Notes under the pieces: generated by a model
The model's database searches: none
What the model was told of the DNA's origin: nothing
The model's input: the letters and a program-made list of their open reading frames with translations, nothing else
In this document: in pieces, positions 39,540-55,219 of the stretch
Layout: the number at the start of each line of letters is the position of its first letter
Position numbering within the stretch: the stretch's first letter is position 1
Origin: Eledone cirrhosa
Lineage: Eukaryota
Assembly: GCA_964016885.1 (NCBI GenBank)
Contig: OZ024757.1
Span: 26,474,001 to 26,538,000 of the forward strand
DNA: 64,000 bases
Reading direction: 5' to 3'
Program-made: the position numbers and the translations under genes

Positions 39540-42500
39540 ATCACCACTACCATCACTACTACCATCACTACCATCACTATCATCATCACCATCACTATCA
39601 TTACCATCATCACCAACACTAACACCACCAACATCACTAACACCACCAACATCACTACCATCATCAACACTAACACCACCAACATCACTAACACCACCAA
39701 CACCACTACCATCACCAACACTAACACCACCAACACCACTACCATCACCAACACTACCATCACCAACACTAACACCACCAACACCACTAACACCACCAAC
39801 ACCACTACCATCACCAACACTAACACCACCAACATTACTACCATCACCAACACTAACACCACCAACACCACTACCATCACCAACACTAACACCACCAACA
39901 CCACTACCATCATCAACACTAACACCACCAACACCACTACCATCACCAACAATAACACCACCAACATCACTACCATCACCAACACTAACACCACCAACAT
40001 CACTACCATCACCAACACTAACACCACCAACACCACTACCATCATCAACACTAACACCACCAACACTAACACCACCAACACCACTACCATCATCAACACT
40101 AACACCACCAACACCACTACCATCACCAACAATAACACCACCAACATCACTACCATCACCAACACTAACACCACCAACATCACTACCATCACCAACACTA
40201 ACACCACCAACACCACTACCATCATCAACACTAACACCACCAACATCACTACCATCACCAACACTAACACCACCAACACCACTACCATCATCAACACTAA
40301 CACCACCAACATCACTACCATCACCAACACTAACACCACCAACACCACTACCATCATCAACACTAACACCACCAACATCACTACCATCACCAACACTAAC
40401 ACCACCAACATCACTACCATCACCAACACTAACACCACCAACACCACTACCATCACCAACACTAACACCACCAACATCACTACCATCACCAACACTAACA
40501 CCACCAACACCACTACCATCATCAACACTAACACCACCAACACCACTACCATCACCAACACTAACACCACCAACATCACTACCATCACCAACACTAACAC
40601 CACCAACACCACTACCATCACCAACACTAACACCACCAACATCACTACCATCACCAACACTAACACCACCAACATCACTACCATCATCAACACTAACACC
40701 ACCAACATCACTACCATCACCAACACTAACATCACCAACATCACTACCATCACCAACACTAACACCACCAACACCACTACCATCACCAACACTAACACCA
40801 CTAACATCACTACCATCATCAACACTAACACCACCACCATCACTACCATCACCAACACTAACACCACCAACATCACTACCATCATCAACACTAACACCAC
40901 CAACACCACTACCATCACCAACACTAACACCACCAACACCACTACCATCACCAACACTAACACCACCAACATCACTACCATCACCAACACTAACATCACC
41001 AACATCACTACCATCACCAACACTAACACCACCAACACCACTACCATCACCAACACTAACACCACCAACATCACTACCATCACCAACACTAACACCACCA
41101 ACATCACTAACACCACCAACATCACTACCATCACCAACACTAACACCACCAACATCACTACCATCACCAACACTAACACCACCAACATTACTACCATCAC
41201 CAACACTAACACCACCATCACCACTACCATCACCAACACTAACACCACCAACACCACTACCATCACCAACACTAACACCACTAACATCACTACCATCATC
41301 AACACTAACACCACCACCATCACTACCATCACCAACACTAACACCACCAACATCACTACCATCACCAACACTAACACCACCAACACCACTACCATCACCA
41401 ACACTAACACCACCAACACCACTACCATCACCAACACTAACACCACCAACATCACTACCATCATCAACACTAACACCACCAACACCACTACCATCACCAA
41501 CACTAACACCACCAACACCACTACCATCACCAACACTAACACCACCAACATTACTACCATCACCAACACTAACACCACCATCACCACTACCATCACCAAC
41601 ACTAACACCACCAACATCACTACCATCACCAACACTAACACCACCAACATCACTACCATCACCAACACTAACACCACCAACATCACTACCATCACCAACA
41701 CTAACACCACCAACATCACTACCATCACCAACACTAACACCACCAACATCACTACCATCACCAACACTAACACCACCAACATCACTACCATCACCAACAC
41801 TAACACCACCAACATCACTAACACCACCAACATCACTACCATCACCAACACTAACACCACCAACATCACTACCATCACCAACACTAACACCACCAACATC
41901 ACTACCATCACCAACACTAACACCACCAACATCACTACCATCACCAACACTAACACCACCAACATCACTAACACCACCAACATCACTACCATCACCAACA
42001 CTAACACCACCAACATCACTACCATCACCAACACTAACACCATCAACATCACTACCATCACCAACACTAACACCACCAACACCACTACCATCACCAACAC
42101 TAACACCACCAACATCACTAACACCACCAACATCACTACCATCACCAACACTAACACCACCAACATCACTACCATCACCAACACTAACACCACCAACATC
42201 ACTACCATCATCAACACTAACACCACCAACACCACTACCATCACCAACACTAACACCACCAACATCACTACCAGCATCAACATCACCACCATCATCATCA
42301 CATCTAACACAGCCACCAACACCATTGCAACAACCACGACCACCATCATCATAACCACCATCATCACAACCACCACCATCACAACAAACACCATCATTAC
42401 CATCACAACCACCACTTCCACTGCCATCACAGCCATTACAACCACCACCACCACCACCATTACCAACAACATCACAACCACTGCGATCACAACCATTACA

Positions 42501-43241
42501 ACCACCACCATCACAACCACCACCACCACTACCAACAACATCACAACCACCACCATCACAACCACCATCACAACCATTACAACCACCACCATCACAACCA
42601 CCATCACCACTACCAACAACATCACAACCATTACAACCACCACCGTCACAGCCACCACCACCACTACCAACAACATCACAACCACCACCATCACAACCAC
42701 CATCACCACTACCAACAATATCACAACCACTGCGATCACAACCATTACAACCACCACCATCACCACCACTACCAACAACATCACAACCACCACCATCACC
42801 ACTACCAACAACATCACAACCATTACAACCACCACCATCACAACCAACGCCATCACTACCAACACCATCACTACCAACACCATCACAACCACCACCAGCA
42901 CTATCATCACAACCACCACCATCATTATAACCGCCACCACTATCACTACCATCACAACCAGCACCATCGTAACCACCACCATCACTACCACCAGCACCAC
43001 CACTACCACCAACACAACCACCACCAACACAACCACCACTATCACAACCAAACCATCACTACCACCAACACCACCATCACAATTACCACCACCACCACCA
43101 CCAACACCACCACTACCACCACTACCACCACCACTACCACCACTACCACCACCAACAACACCATCACTACCACCACTACCACCACCACTACCACCACTAC
43201 CACCACCAACAACACCATCACTACCACCACTACCACTACCA
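39540..43241. repeat. ACC-rich satellite with a 33-bp core unit accaacactaacaccaccaacatcactaccatc
   Basis: Homogeneous from ~39610 to 42270, degenerating afterwards. Confidence 0.95.
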
Positions 43242-43243
43242 AT

Positions 43244-45130
43244 ATGGTTGATATTGATGATGATGATGGTAGTGGTGTTGATATTGATGATGATGATGGT
43301 AGTGGTGTTGATATTGATGATGATGATGATGATGATGATGGTAGTGGTGTTGATGATGATGGTAGTGGTGTTGATATTGATGATGATGATGGTAGTGGTG
43401 TTGATGATGATGATGGTAGTGGTGTTGATATTGATGATGATGATGGTAGTGGTGTTGGTGATGATGATGATGATGATGATGATGATGGTAGTGGTGTTGA
43501 TGATGGTAGTGGTGTTGGTGTTGATGATGATGATGATGGTAGTGGTGTTGATGATGATGATGGTAGTGGTGTTGATATTGATGATGATGATGGTAGTGGT
43601 GTTGGTGATGATGATGATGATGGTAGTGGTGTTGATGATGGTAGTGGTGTTGGTGTTGATGATGATGATGATGGTAGTGGTGTTGATGATGATGATGGTA
43701 GTGGTGTTGGTGATGATGATGGTAGTGGTGTTGGTGATGATGATGGTAGTGGTGTTGATGATGATGATGGTAGTGGTGTTGGTGATGATGATGATGATGG
43801 TAGTGGTGTTGGTGATGATGATGGTAGTGGTGTTGGTGATGATGATGGTGATGGTAGTGGTGTTGGTGATGATGATGATGGTGGTATTGATGATGGTGAT
43901 GATGATGGTAGTGGTGTTGGTGATGATGATGGTAGTGGTGTTGGTGATGATGATGATGGTGGTATTGATGATGGTGATGATGATGGTAGTGGTGTTGGTG
44001 ATGGTGATGATGATGGTAGTGGTTTTGATGGTGATGATGATGATTATGGTGATGATGATGATGATGGTATTGATGATGATGATGATGATGGTAGTGGTGT
44101 TGATGGTGATGATGATGGTAGTCGTTTTGATGGTGATGGTGATGATGATGCCGGTTTACGGTTTACGACAAAAATAAGAAATTCTCCGAGTTTGCACCAA
44201 AAATAAAATACAACTCAAGATGCTTTTTTAGTAGTAGTAGTAGTAGTAGTAGTGGTAGTAGTAGTAGTGGTAGTAGCAATAGTAGTAATAGTAGTAGTGG
44301 TAGTAGTAGTAGTGGCGGTGGTGGTGGCAGCTGGGATAACGATAATAGTGATACGATGGTAGTGATGGTGGTGGTAATGGTTGTAGTGGTGGTGTTGGTG
44401 GTGGTTGTGATGTCGACGTCGAATAACGAGATGGTGATAATGATGATGATGATGATGATGATGGTTGTGGTCGTGGTGTATATATGTGTAAGGATGATGG
44501 TGATGGTGGTGTTGTACATGTGTAAGAATGGTGATGGTGGTGGTGGTGTATAAACGTGTAAGGATGATGGTGGTGGTAGTGTATATATGTGTAATGATGG
44601 TAGTGGTGGTGGTGTAGATGTGTAATGATGATGATGATGATGATGATGGTGTATGTGTAATAATGATGCTGATGATGAAGGTGGTGGTGTATATGTGTAA
44701 GGATGCTGATGATAATGATGATGATGATGATAGTAAAGGATAAGAGGTGATTGACTGCGAAGATGGTGATGGTGGTGGCTATTGACAATGACGGTTAAGC
44801 CGGCGACATCTTCGATGGTGATGATGGTGATGATGGTGATGATGGGAGTGCCTGTGATAATGGTGACGACGTTGGCGGTGGTGGGGACGAAAGTAACACT
44901 GACAACGACGGCGATGATGGTGGTGCTGGTGTTAGTGGTGTTGGCGGTGGTAATGTTGGTGGTGGTGATAGTGGTGGTGGTGGTGGTGGTGATGATGGTT
45001 GTAATGGTGGTGATGGTGTTTTGTGGGGGATGAAAGTAACACTGACACCGACGGTAATGCTGGTGGTGTTGATGGTGTTGGTGGTGATGATGATGGCGGT
45101 GGTGGTGTTGGTGGTTATGATGGTGTTGCT
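43244..45130. repeat. GAT/GGT-rich satellite ((gat)n ggtagtggtgtt)
   Basis: Visible; opposite strand polarity to the preceding block. Confidence 0.9.
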
Positions 45131-45325
45131 GGTGGGGGGATGATGTTTATAACCACCACCACCACCACCATCATCACTGCTACGGCGACGACAACGAAGA
45201 TAATGACGATGACGGCGATAACGATGACAATAACGACAGTTATAACAACAATATATATATTATAATGATTTAATATTAATATTATCATCATGACGATTAT
45301 GATGGACTGTGGCGCGCGCGCGCGC

Positions 45326-45404
<79 letters not shown>

Positions 45405-45671
45405 TGTGTGTGTGTGTGAAATAGACAGACAAACGAATAGATAGATGGATCGATAGATAAATAGATAGATAGATGGATGGATGGATGGATAGACAAATAG
45501 ATAGATGGATACAAAGGCAGACAGAGAGGCAGATACATACATACATATATAGATAGATAGATAAATAGATAAATAGATAGACAGATAGATAGATGGATGT
45601 ACAGATAGATAGATGGACAGATAGATAGATGGACTGATAGATAGGCAGCTAGATAGATAGTATTTACTTAC

Positions 45672-45893
45672 CAGACGATACTTGAGCGACTGTTCCGAAG
45701 TCCTTTCAAAACGATCTCCACACGACAAGGAAGCATGTCCAGAAAATATCTCCTTGTGGAAGTATTTCAATGGAATCTCCGAATCCCTGATAATTTCAAT
45801 TACTTTCGATGCGTCTACTTCGTCCAGAGATGTCTTTTGGTCAACAAAAACACCATCAAAATACTGTTGTTGTTCAACGACATCCGACGCCAT
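45672..45893 (-). CDS. Probable first coding exon (74 codons) of an unidentified host gene
   Basis: Kozak-like aaaATGG; high-complexity peptide MASDVVEQQQYFDGVFVDQKTSLDEVDASKVIEIIRDSEIPLKYFHKEIFSGHASLSCGDRFERTSEQSLKYRL; consensus donor CTG|GTAAGT at 45672/45671 (phase 0); CpG-rich surroundings. Confidence 0.7.
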
Positions 45894-46325
45894 TTTACAC
45901 ACACACACACACTGGGGTTTGTTTATTTTCTACACTCACTCTGCCGTGTGCCAGCGTGTGTGTGTGTCTCTCTCGCTCACTCTCACTCACTCTCTATCTC
46001 TCTCTCTCTCCCAGTAGCTCTCGCACTAGCTTTCTCTCTCGCACTGCCTCTATTGCTCTCTCTTTCTCTTACTACCTCTCGCTCTACCTCTCTATAGAGC
46101 TATATATATATATATAGAAAGAGAGAGAGAGAGAGAGCTATATATATATAGCTGTGTATGTTTCGCTCTATGTTCTGCTGCTGCTGTTGCTGGTGCTCTC
46201 TCTCTCTCCATCTATAGCTCTCTTTCACTCTCCCTCTCTCACTGCATGTCTATGTATTATCTATATATATATATATTTATATGTATGTGTGTATGTGTTG
46301 CTGTTCGCGGTGCTCTCACTTTCTC

Positions 46326-46376
<51 letters not shown>

Positions 46377-46510
46377 TTTTTTATGTGTATAAAATGCTGC
46401 GCGTATGTGTGTCGGTGTCTATGCCTTTATGTGTATGTTGATGTGCATGTGCGCGTGTATGCTGCTGTGTATGTGTGTTAGTGTTCTATGCATTGTATAT
46501 GCGTGCTGCT

Positions 46511-46554
<44 letters not shown>

Positions 46555-46700
46555 GTGGATGTGTACTGTTGTGTCACTATTACTGTGATTAAGATGATGA
46601 TGATGGTGTACGTTGGTGTGTCATTTAACCAATGTGTGTGTGTGAGCGCGCCAGTGAATGTGTATCGGTAAATCAATGCGCGTGTGTGTTTTTGCTAAGC
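45894..46700 (-). promoter_or_regulatory. Putative 5'UTR/promoter of the 45893 gene
   Basis: GA-repeat-rich and CpG-retaining (cgcg motifs); no polypyrimidine acceptor directly upstream of the ATG. Confidence 0.35.
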
Positions 46701-46979
46701 CGTGTGTCAGCGACTATGTGAGTGTATATATATATATAATATATATATATATGTGTGTGTGTCTATACTACGCCATATGCTAGCGGGTGTGTAGATGTCA
46801 ATTGCATGTGTCTGTGTGTTAGTACGAGTGTGTGTATGTGTACATATCACTGTGTCAATGTGAGTCGTTGTGTCAGCATGAGTGTGTGCGTGTGTGTCGA
46901 TTTCACTGTGAATGTACATTTCTGGGTGTGTATGTGTGTGTGTCAGATTTGCTATGTTAGTGTGTATGTGGGTGTGTTT

Positions 46980-47025
<46 letters not shown>

Positions 47026-47744
47026 GGGGCGTATGCGTTAGTGTGTCTGTATACGCTTTGTATGTGAGTGTGAGGACGTATGTGTTAGTGTGTCTGTATA
47101 TAGCATAACGCTTTGTATGTGTGTGTGTGCGTGTGTTTGTATTGTGTATACCACTCTACATGTCTATGAGTCAGTGTGCATGTGTGAATGAACAGCCGTG
47201 TTTGTGTTTGTGTGTGTGTGTGTGTGTGTATAACTCTGCGTATGTAAGTCTGTGTGCATGTGTGAATGGACAGTCGTGTTAGTGTATGTGTGTGTGTGTG
47301 TATAACTCTACGTATCTATAAGTCTGTGTGCATGTGTGAATGGACAGTCGTGTGTGTGTGTGTGTAGTTCCATTAATGTGCCTGTGTTGAGTTGAATGAA
47401 TCGTGTATATGTATTAGTGTGTGTGTGGGTGTCGTTTTGTTGATGTATGTGTATGTAAGTATTCTAGTAGGTGCGGTGTATGTGTGTATGTAAGTATTCC
47501 AGTAGGTGTGGTGTATGTGTGTGTGTATATGTGTTTGTGTGTATGTGTATTTGTGTGTGTATGTGTATATGTGTGATTGTATGTGATTGTATGTGTGTGT
47601 GTGTGTGTGTGTATGTGATGTTTCTTTGGAAGACAAAATAAAACGAAAGATAGAAAAAAAGGAAAAGGGTGGGAGGAAATAAGAAGACACGGCGGAGATA
47701 GGGGGTAGGGACGGAGAAGGAGAGAGAGGGGGTGAGACAGTGGT

Positions 47745-48318
47745 GGGGAGGGAGAGTCGGTGGTAGGGAGTGAGAGACTGTGGTAGAGAGGGAGAGACGG
47801 TGGTAGAGAAGGAGAGACGGTGGTAGAGAAGGAGAGACGGTGGTAAAGAGGGAGAGACTGTGGTAGAGAAGGAGAGACGGTGGTAAAGAGGGAGAGACTG
47901 TGGTAGAGAAGGAGAGACGGTGGTAGAGAGGGAGAGACTGTGGTAGAGAAGGAGAGACGGTGGTAGAGAGGGAGAGACTGTGGTAGAGAAGGAGAGACTG
48001 TGGTAAAGAGGGAGAGACTGTGGTAAAGAGGGAGAGACTGTGGTAGAGAAGGAGAGACTGTGGTAGAGAAGGAGAGACTGTGGTAGAGAGGGGGAGACTG
48101 TGGTAGAGAAGAAGAGACTGTGGTAGAGAGGGGGAGACGGTGGTAGAGAGAGAGAGACTTTGGTAGAGAGGGAGAGACTTTGGTAGAGAAGGGGAGACGA
48201 TGGTAGAGAGGGAGAGACTTTGGTAGAGAGGGGGAGACGATGGTAGAGAGGGAGAGACTTTGGTAGAGAGGGGGAGACGGTGGTAGAGAGGGAGTGGCGG
48301 TGGTAGAGAGGGAGAGAT
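47745..48318. repeat. 20-bp purine-rich minisatellite tggtagagagggagagactg
   Basis: About 28 tandem units. Confidence 0.95.
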
Positions 48319-48630
48319 TGAGGAAAGAGTAGGAAATAGAACAAAAAGACGGAGAGGAGAGACAGAAAAAGTCGGAGAGAGAGAGAGACGGAGAGAAGAG
48401 ACAGAAAAGTTAAAGAATTAGGGAGGTAAAAAAAGAAACGTATATATAAAAAAGTGAAAGAAAGGCAGAGAAGAAAAATAAAGGTGAAAAGGCGGATATC
48501 TTGGAAAGAAAGGAAAAGAGGTAAAGAGAGAGACAGAGATATTTAAAAATATGTAAATGGATGTATGTGTATATATATACACACACATCTCTCTCTCTAT
48601 ATATATATATAGAGAGAGAGAGAGAGAAAG

Positions 48631-48683
<53 letters not shown>

Positions 48684-48703
48684 TCTCTCCCCCTCTCTCT
48701 CTC

Positions 48704-48735
<32 letters not shown>

Positions 48736-48738
48736 AAG

Positions 48739-48770
<32 letters not shown>

Positions 48771-48772
<2 letters not shown>

Positions 48773-48923
48773 CGAAGGAATTGTGGTAAGGAACCAAATG
48801 GACCATAACGCACCAGAGTACTCAACTTAGGGTAGTAGAGTGGGAAATAGGAAAATGTATGACCCCGAGTCCAGAAATAGCCGTCGAAACGGCTTGAACT
48901 CTGCCGTCGGGGTCATACCTTTT

Positions 48924-48927
<4 letters not shown>
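48771..48927. mobile_element. Penelope-like fold-back remnant with a partial hammerhead
   Basis: GAAA cggc-ttgaactct-gccg TC ggggtcatac; inverted arms taggaaaa.gtatgacccc; same family as 58746-58915. Confidence 0.55.
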
Positions 48928-50830
<1,903 letters not shown>

Positions 50831-51019
50831 TGTGTGTGTGCACTACTTTTCTCTCTTTCTCTCTCTCTCTTCCTTCTTATTACCTTCCTTTCTATCTCTT
50901 CTGCTAAACCATATTCCCTTTTCACCCCACCCCCACCCTCTCTCTCTCTCTCACACACAATTTCCACCCCGAATATTTCATTCATAGATAGATAGACAGA
51001 CAGACAGATAGAGAGATAG

Positions 51020-51245
51020 ATTTCTTTATTAGCCACAAGGGCGCAACAAGAAAAGGGGACAATACAAAGACATGCCGGGGATTTTACATACAGTCGTGTA
51101 AAAAATATAAAAACAAACAATTAGATAGATAGACAGACAGATAGATAGATAGATAGACAGAGATATAGACAGACAGGCAGACAGACAGACAGACATGTTT
51201 CTTTATTAGCCACAGGGGCACAAAAGAAGGGGACAAATACAAAGA
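51020..51245 (-). mobile_element. Two very short Tx1-like 3' ends in a GATA/GACA tract
   Basis: tttctttattagccac...ggggacaa.tacaaag at ~51020-51120 and ~51195-51245, matching 23111-23160. Confidence 0.7.
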
Positions 51246-51307
51246 TAGAAAGATAGATAGATAGAGTGTATATGAGATAACAAAAAAGGCAATGGATAAA
51301 AAAAGTA

Positions 51308-52190
51308 TACACATACACACACAAGCACACACATACACACACAAGCACATACATACACACAAGCACACACATACACACACAAGCACATACACATACACAC
51401 ACAAGCACATACATATACATACAAGCACATACACATACACACACAAGCACATACATACACACACAAGCACATACATATACATACAAGCACATACATACAC
51501 ACACAAGCACATACACATACACACACAAGCACATACATACATACACACACAAGCACATAATATACATACAAGCACATACACATACACACACAAGGACATA
51601 CACATACACACACAAGCACATACATACACACAAGCACATACATATACATACACATACAAGGACATACATATACACACACAAGCACATACATACACACACA
51701 AGCACATACATATACATACAAGCACATACATACACACACAAGCACATACACATACACACACAAGGACATACATATACACACACAAGCACATACACATACA
51801 AGCACATACACATACACACACAAGCACATACATACACACACAAGGACATACATATACATACAAGCACATACACATACACACACAAGCACATACACATACA
51901 TACACACACAAGCACATACACATACAAGCACATACACATACACACAAGCATATACATATACACACACAAGCACATACACATACACACTCAAGGACATACA
52001 TATACACACAAGCACATACATATACATACAAGCACATACACATACACACACAAGCACATACACATACACACACAAGCACATACACATACACACACAAGCA
52101 CATACACATACACACACAAGGACATACAAGCACATACACATACACACACAAGCACATACACATACACACACAAGCATATACATACACACA
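51308..52190. repeat. CA-rich minisatellite (caagcacatacacatacacaca)
   Basis: Visible. Confidence 0.9.
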
Positions 52191-52469
52191 TCTTTCTGGA
52201 TTTTTTAATTTTATTTGTATGTTTTTGTCACTGCCTATACACACTCACACCTGCACATACACACACACACTCACCTACCTACACACACACTTATACACAC
52301 GCACATACCTACACATATGCACACACTTATGCACATACACACACACCTGCACACACACACATCTACACACACCTGCACACACACCTGCACATACACACAC
52401 CTACACATATATATACACACACACATACAGACATACACACACACACACACTTTATCTTTCATTATTTCA

Positions 52470-52650
52470 GTGGATTGGCAGTATCGGTAGAGGGTCGGAC
52501 ACAATGCATAGAGTCACGGCCCTTTACGCTCTGAGTTCAAATCACGCCGAGGTTAACTTTACCTTTCATCCTTACGGGGTCGATAAAATAAAGTACTAGT
52601 AATGCACTGGGATAATTGCTGGCCTTGTGCCAAAAGTAGAAACAATTATT
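52470..52650 (+). mobile_element. Family C SINE
   Basis: A-box, B-box and Meta-like core. Confidence 0.8.
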
Positions 52651-53479
52651 TCACTTTGTCAACCTCTTCGCTTTCTTTGCTTCTTCTCATATTTCCTTTT
52701 CATTCCCCCCTCACACACACTCACACATACACACACACACACACATAAACACACACATATACACACAAGCACATACTCATACATACATACTCATACATAC
52801 ATACACATGCGTATATATAAAGTGTGTATGCAGGTATTTCTATGTGTGTGTGCCTGAATGTGTGAAGTGTGTATATTTATCGCTACGTATTTTTGTTCTC
52901 ATTTTTTATTTTTGCTATGCAACCCCTAACCTCCTCACCCCGTTCTCTATCTATCTCTCTATCTCTCTATCTATCTATCTCTCTCTCTTGCCCCCCCCCC
53001 CTCTCAGTGCATGCGAAAAATAAACAGAAAACAATAAAACAAACAATATAGTACAACAAAGATATATATATATATATATGTATTAGTTTTTATATATGTA
53101 TTAGTTTAACGCTTGATATAGTAGGAAAAGTGTCTTAATGTTTTGGACACGAGTCCTTCGTCAGAAGTCAGAACAAGTTACAGGAAGATACTGGAAAGAG
53201 AGGGGAGGAGGAGGAAAGGGAAAAATATTTTTTTTAGAAAATAACCCCCCACCCCCCAACAACACATACACACACACTCACACACACAGCGACTCACACA
53301 CACACACACACACCTATGTATTTAGAATTACAATAAAATCCCAATAAAAGGCCGTCTCCATTTCAGGTCACTGGATTCAAACTAAACATGTATTAATTGG
53401 TACCCACATTTGTGGTCTTTCTGGTACACAAACCATGAATGCATCACACACATACACACACATGTATATATATATATAG

Positions 53480-53540
<61 letters not shown>

Positions 53541-53664
53541 GTAGGAGGTGAGTTTTATTGTAGCACAATAAAGCAATGCAAATATCGGATAAGTAGCACT
53601 CTACAGTTTGTAGGACTGGAGTATAAATAATATAAGATCAAAAGATGGTTAAAAGAGTTCCAAG

Positions 53665-53735
53665 TATTTTATTATGAGCATTTCAAAAACAAATATCATC
53701 ATGGGATGACATCTGCGTTCTCATCAGATAAAATA
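53665..53735 (-). ncRNA. Type I hammerhead ribozyme motif (left arm)
   Basis: tattttat CTGATGA gaacgcagatgtcat-cccatg-atgatatttgttttt GAAA tgctca TA ataaaata. Confidence 0.6.
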
Positions 53736-53851
53736 GGGAGACATGATATGAAGCTTAAAAAACACTTGTGAATAGTGAAGTTTTAATGCTGAATGTTGAT
53801 TTAAAACTTCACTATTCACAAGTGTTTCTTAAGCTTCATATCATGTCTCCC

Positions 53852-53922
53852 TATTTTATCTGATGAGAAAGCAGATGTCATCCCATGATGATATTTGTTT
53901 TTGAAATGCGCATAATAAAATA
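53852..53922 (+). ncRNA. Type I hammerhead ribozyme motif (right arm)
   Basis: 8-bp stem I tattttat/ataaaata; CTGATGA 53860-53866; 15-bp stem II including G-U pairs; GAAA 53903-53906; palindromic tgcgca; TA cleavage site 53913-53914. Confidence 0.7.
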
Positions 53923-53974
53923 CTTGGAACTCTTTTAACCATCTTTTGATTTTATATATATATATATATATAAG

Positions 53975-54495
53975 TTATGTCGGTGCCACAACATCCAGGC
54001 CGAAACAAATGAGATCGTGTAGGTGTCACGACAAAAAACACACAGTCCACGCTGTAATGTGGCCGTGTAGGCAACACGGTAAAAACCTCCCAGCCCCACA
54101 CTGTAAATGTGGTTGGTGTTAGGAAGGGCATCCAGCTGTAGAAAACCCGCCACACAGTCCACGCTGTAATGTGGCCGTGTAGGCAACACGGTAAAAACCT
54201 CCCGGCCCCACACTGTAAATGTGGTTGGTGTTAGGAAGGGCATCCAGCTGTAGAAAACCCGCCACACAGTCCACGCTGTAATGTGGCCGTGTAGGCAACA
54301 CGGTAAAAACCTCCCAGCCCCACACTGTAAATGTGGTTGGTGTTAGGAAGGGCATCCAGCTGTAGAAAACCCGCCAGACAGTCCTATGCGAGCAAGACAA
54401 CCACTCTTGCCTCAAGTGGGAAAACCCCCGTCCAAACCCATGCAAGCGTGGAACATGGACGTTAAACGATGATGATGATGATGATGATGATGATA
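53975..54495 (+). mobile_element. RTE 3'UTR with a 112-bp segment repeated 3 times
   Basis: Unit starts at 54041, 54153 and 54265; (GAT)n tail. Confidence 0.75.
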
Positions 54496-54687
54496 ATATA
54501 TATATATATATGGGATAACAAGTTATCGTAATAGGTAATCCAGTTAGAGGTAATCCAGTTAGAGGTTGTGAGTACTCTGCGCCGTGGATAGTTTTAATGT
54601 ACGGCTTTGTTTGACTCAACAAGATGCTTCCATAGTTATGCAGCGAGTTTGCGGTAATTTTTATGCAGGTTATACTTGGAGTAATAA

Positions 54688-54882
54688 TAGTTAAAGAATG
54701 AAGTGTAATATGGTTGGCTTTATTTAAAATATTATGAATACTTTATTGAATAATGTATTGGAGATCGAATAACACAACCTCAAGCGATTAGCGAACTCTA
54801 GACCCACATGATCAACGAAACAATTGTCAGTACTTTAAATAAAGCCCTTATTGTACAGCCAACCATGTTAATCTTCATTCTT

Positions 54883-54888
<6 letters not shown>
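54688..54888 (+). mobile_element. Fold-back element with a decayed hammerhead
   Basis: Outer inverted repeat tagttaaagaatgaag/cttcattctttaacta; inner ggctttatttaaa/tttaaataaagcc; GAAA caattg TC at 54817-54828. Confidence 0.5.
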
Positions 54889-54925
<37 letters not shown>

Positions 54926-54986
54926 GTGGAACACTGGAAGGTAATATCCATAGTGGTAGAGCACTCAGTCCATGGGACGAGTTAGG

Positions 54987-55107
54987 TAGAAGTAGTTCCA
55001 CAACAGTTAGTTCACCATACCGAGAACAATTGTTTCACCTTGAGGATCCGCTAAGGTGAAACAATTGTTCTCGGTATGGTGAACTAACTGTTGTGTAACC
55101 ACTTCTA
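54987..55107. repeat. Hairpin with arms of ~55 bp and an 11-bp loop
   Basis: cagttagttcaccataccgagaacaattgtttcacctt / aaggtgaaacaattgttctcggtatggtgaactaactg. Confidence 0.85.
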
Positions 55108-55219
55108 TACATATATATATATATATATATATATGTAAGTATGTATGTATACATACATACATATATGTATACAGACATACAGTAGTATGTGTATAAATAC
55201 ATACATGCACACATATATA

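Larger units (their letters stand above)
53631..53956. mobile_element. Near-perfect palindrome (arms ~156 bp, 14-bp loop), Penelope-like terminal remnant
   Basis: Arms 53631-53786 and 53801-53956; each arm carries a hammerhead core. Confidence 0.8.

Noticed and set aside
39083-44206. 1322-aa, 1547-aa and Asp/Gly-rich 320-aa ORFs (mucin-like or biomineral-like)
   Set aside because: Triplet-based satellites are stop-free on both strands; no signal peptide, splice context or unique domain.
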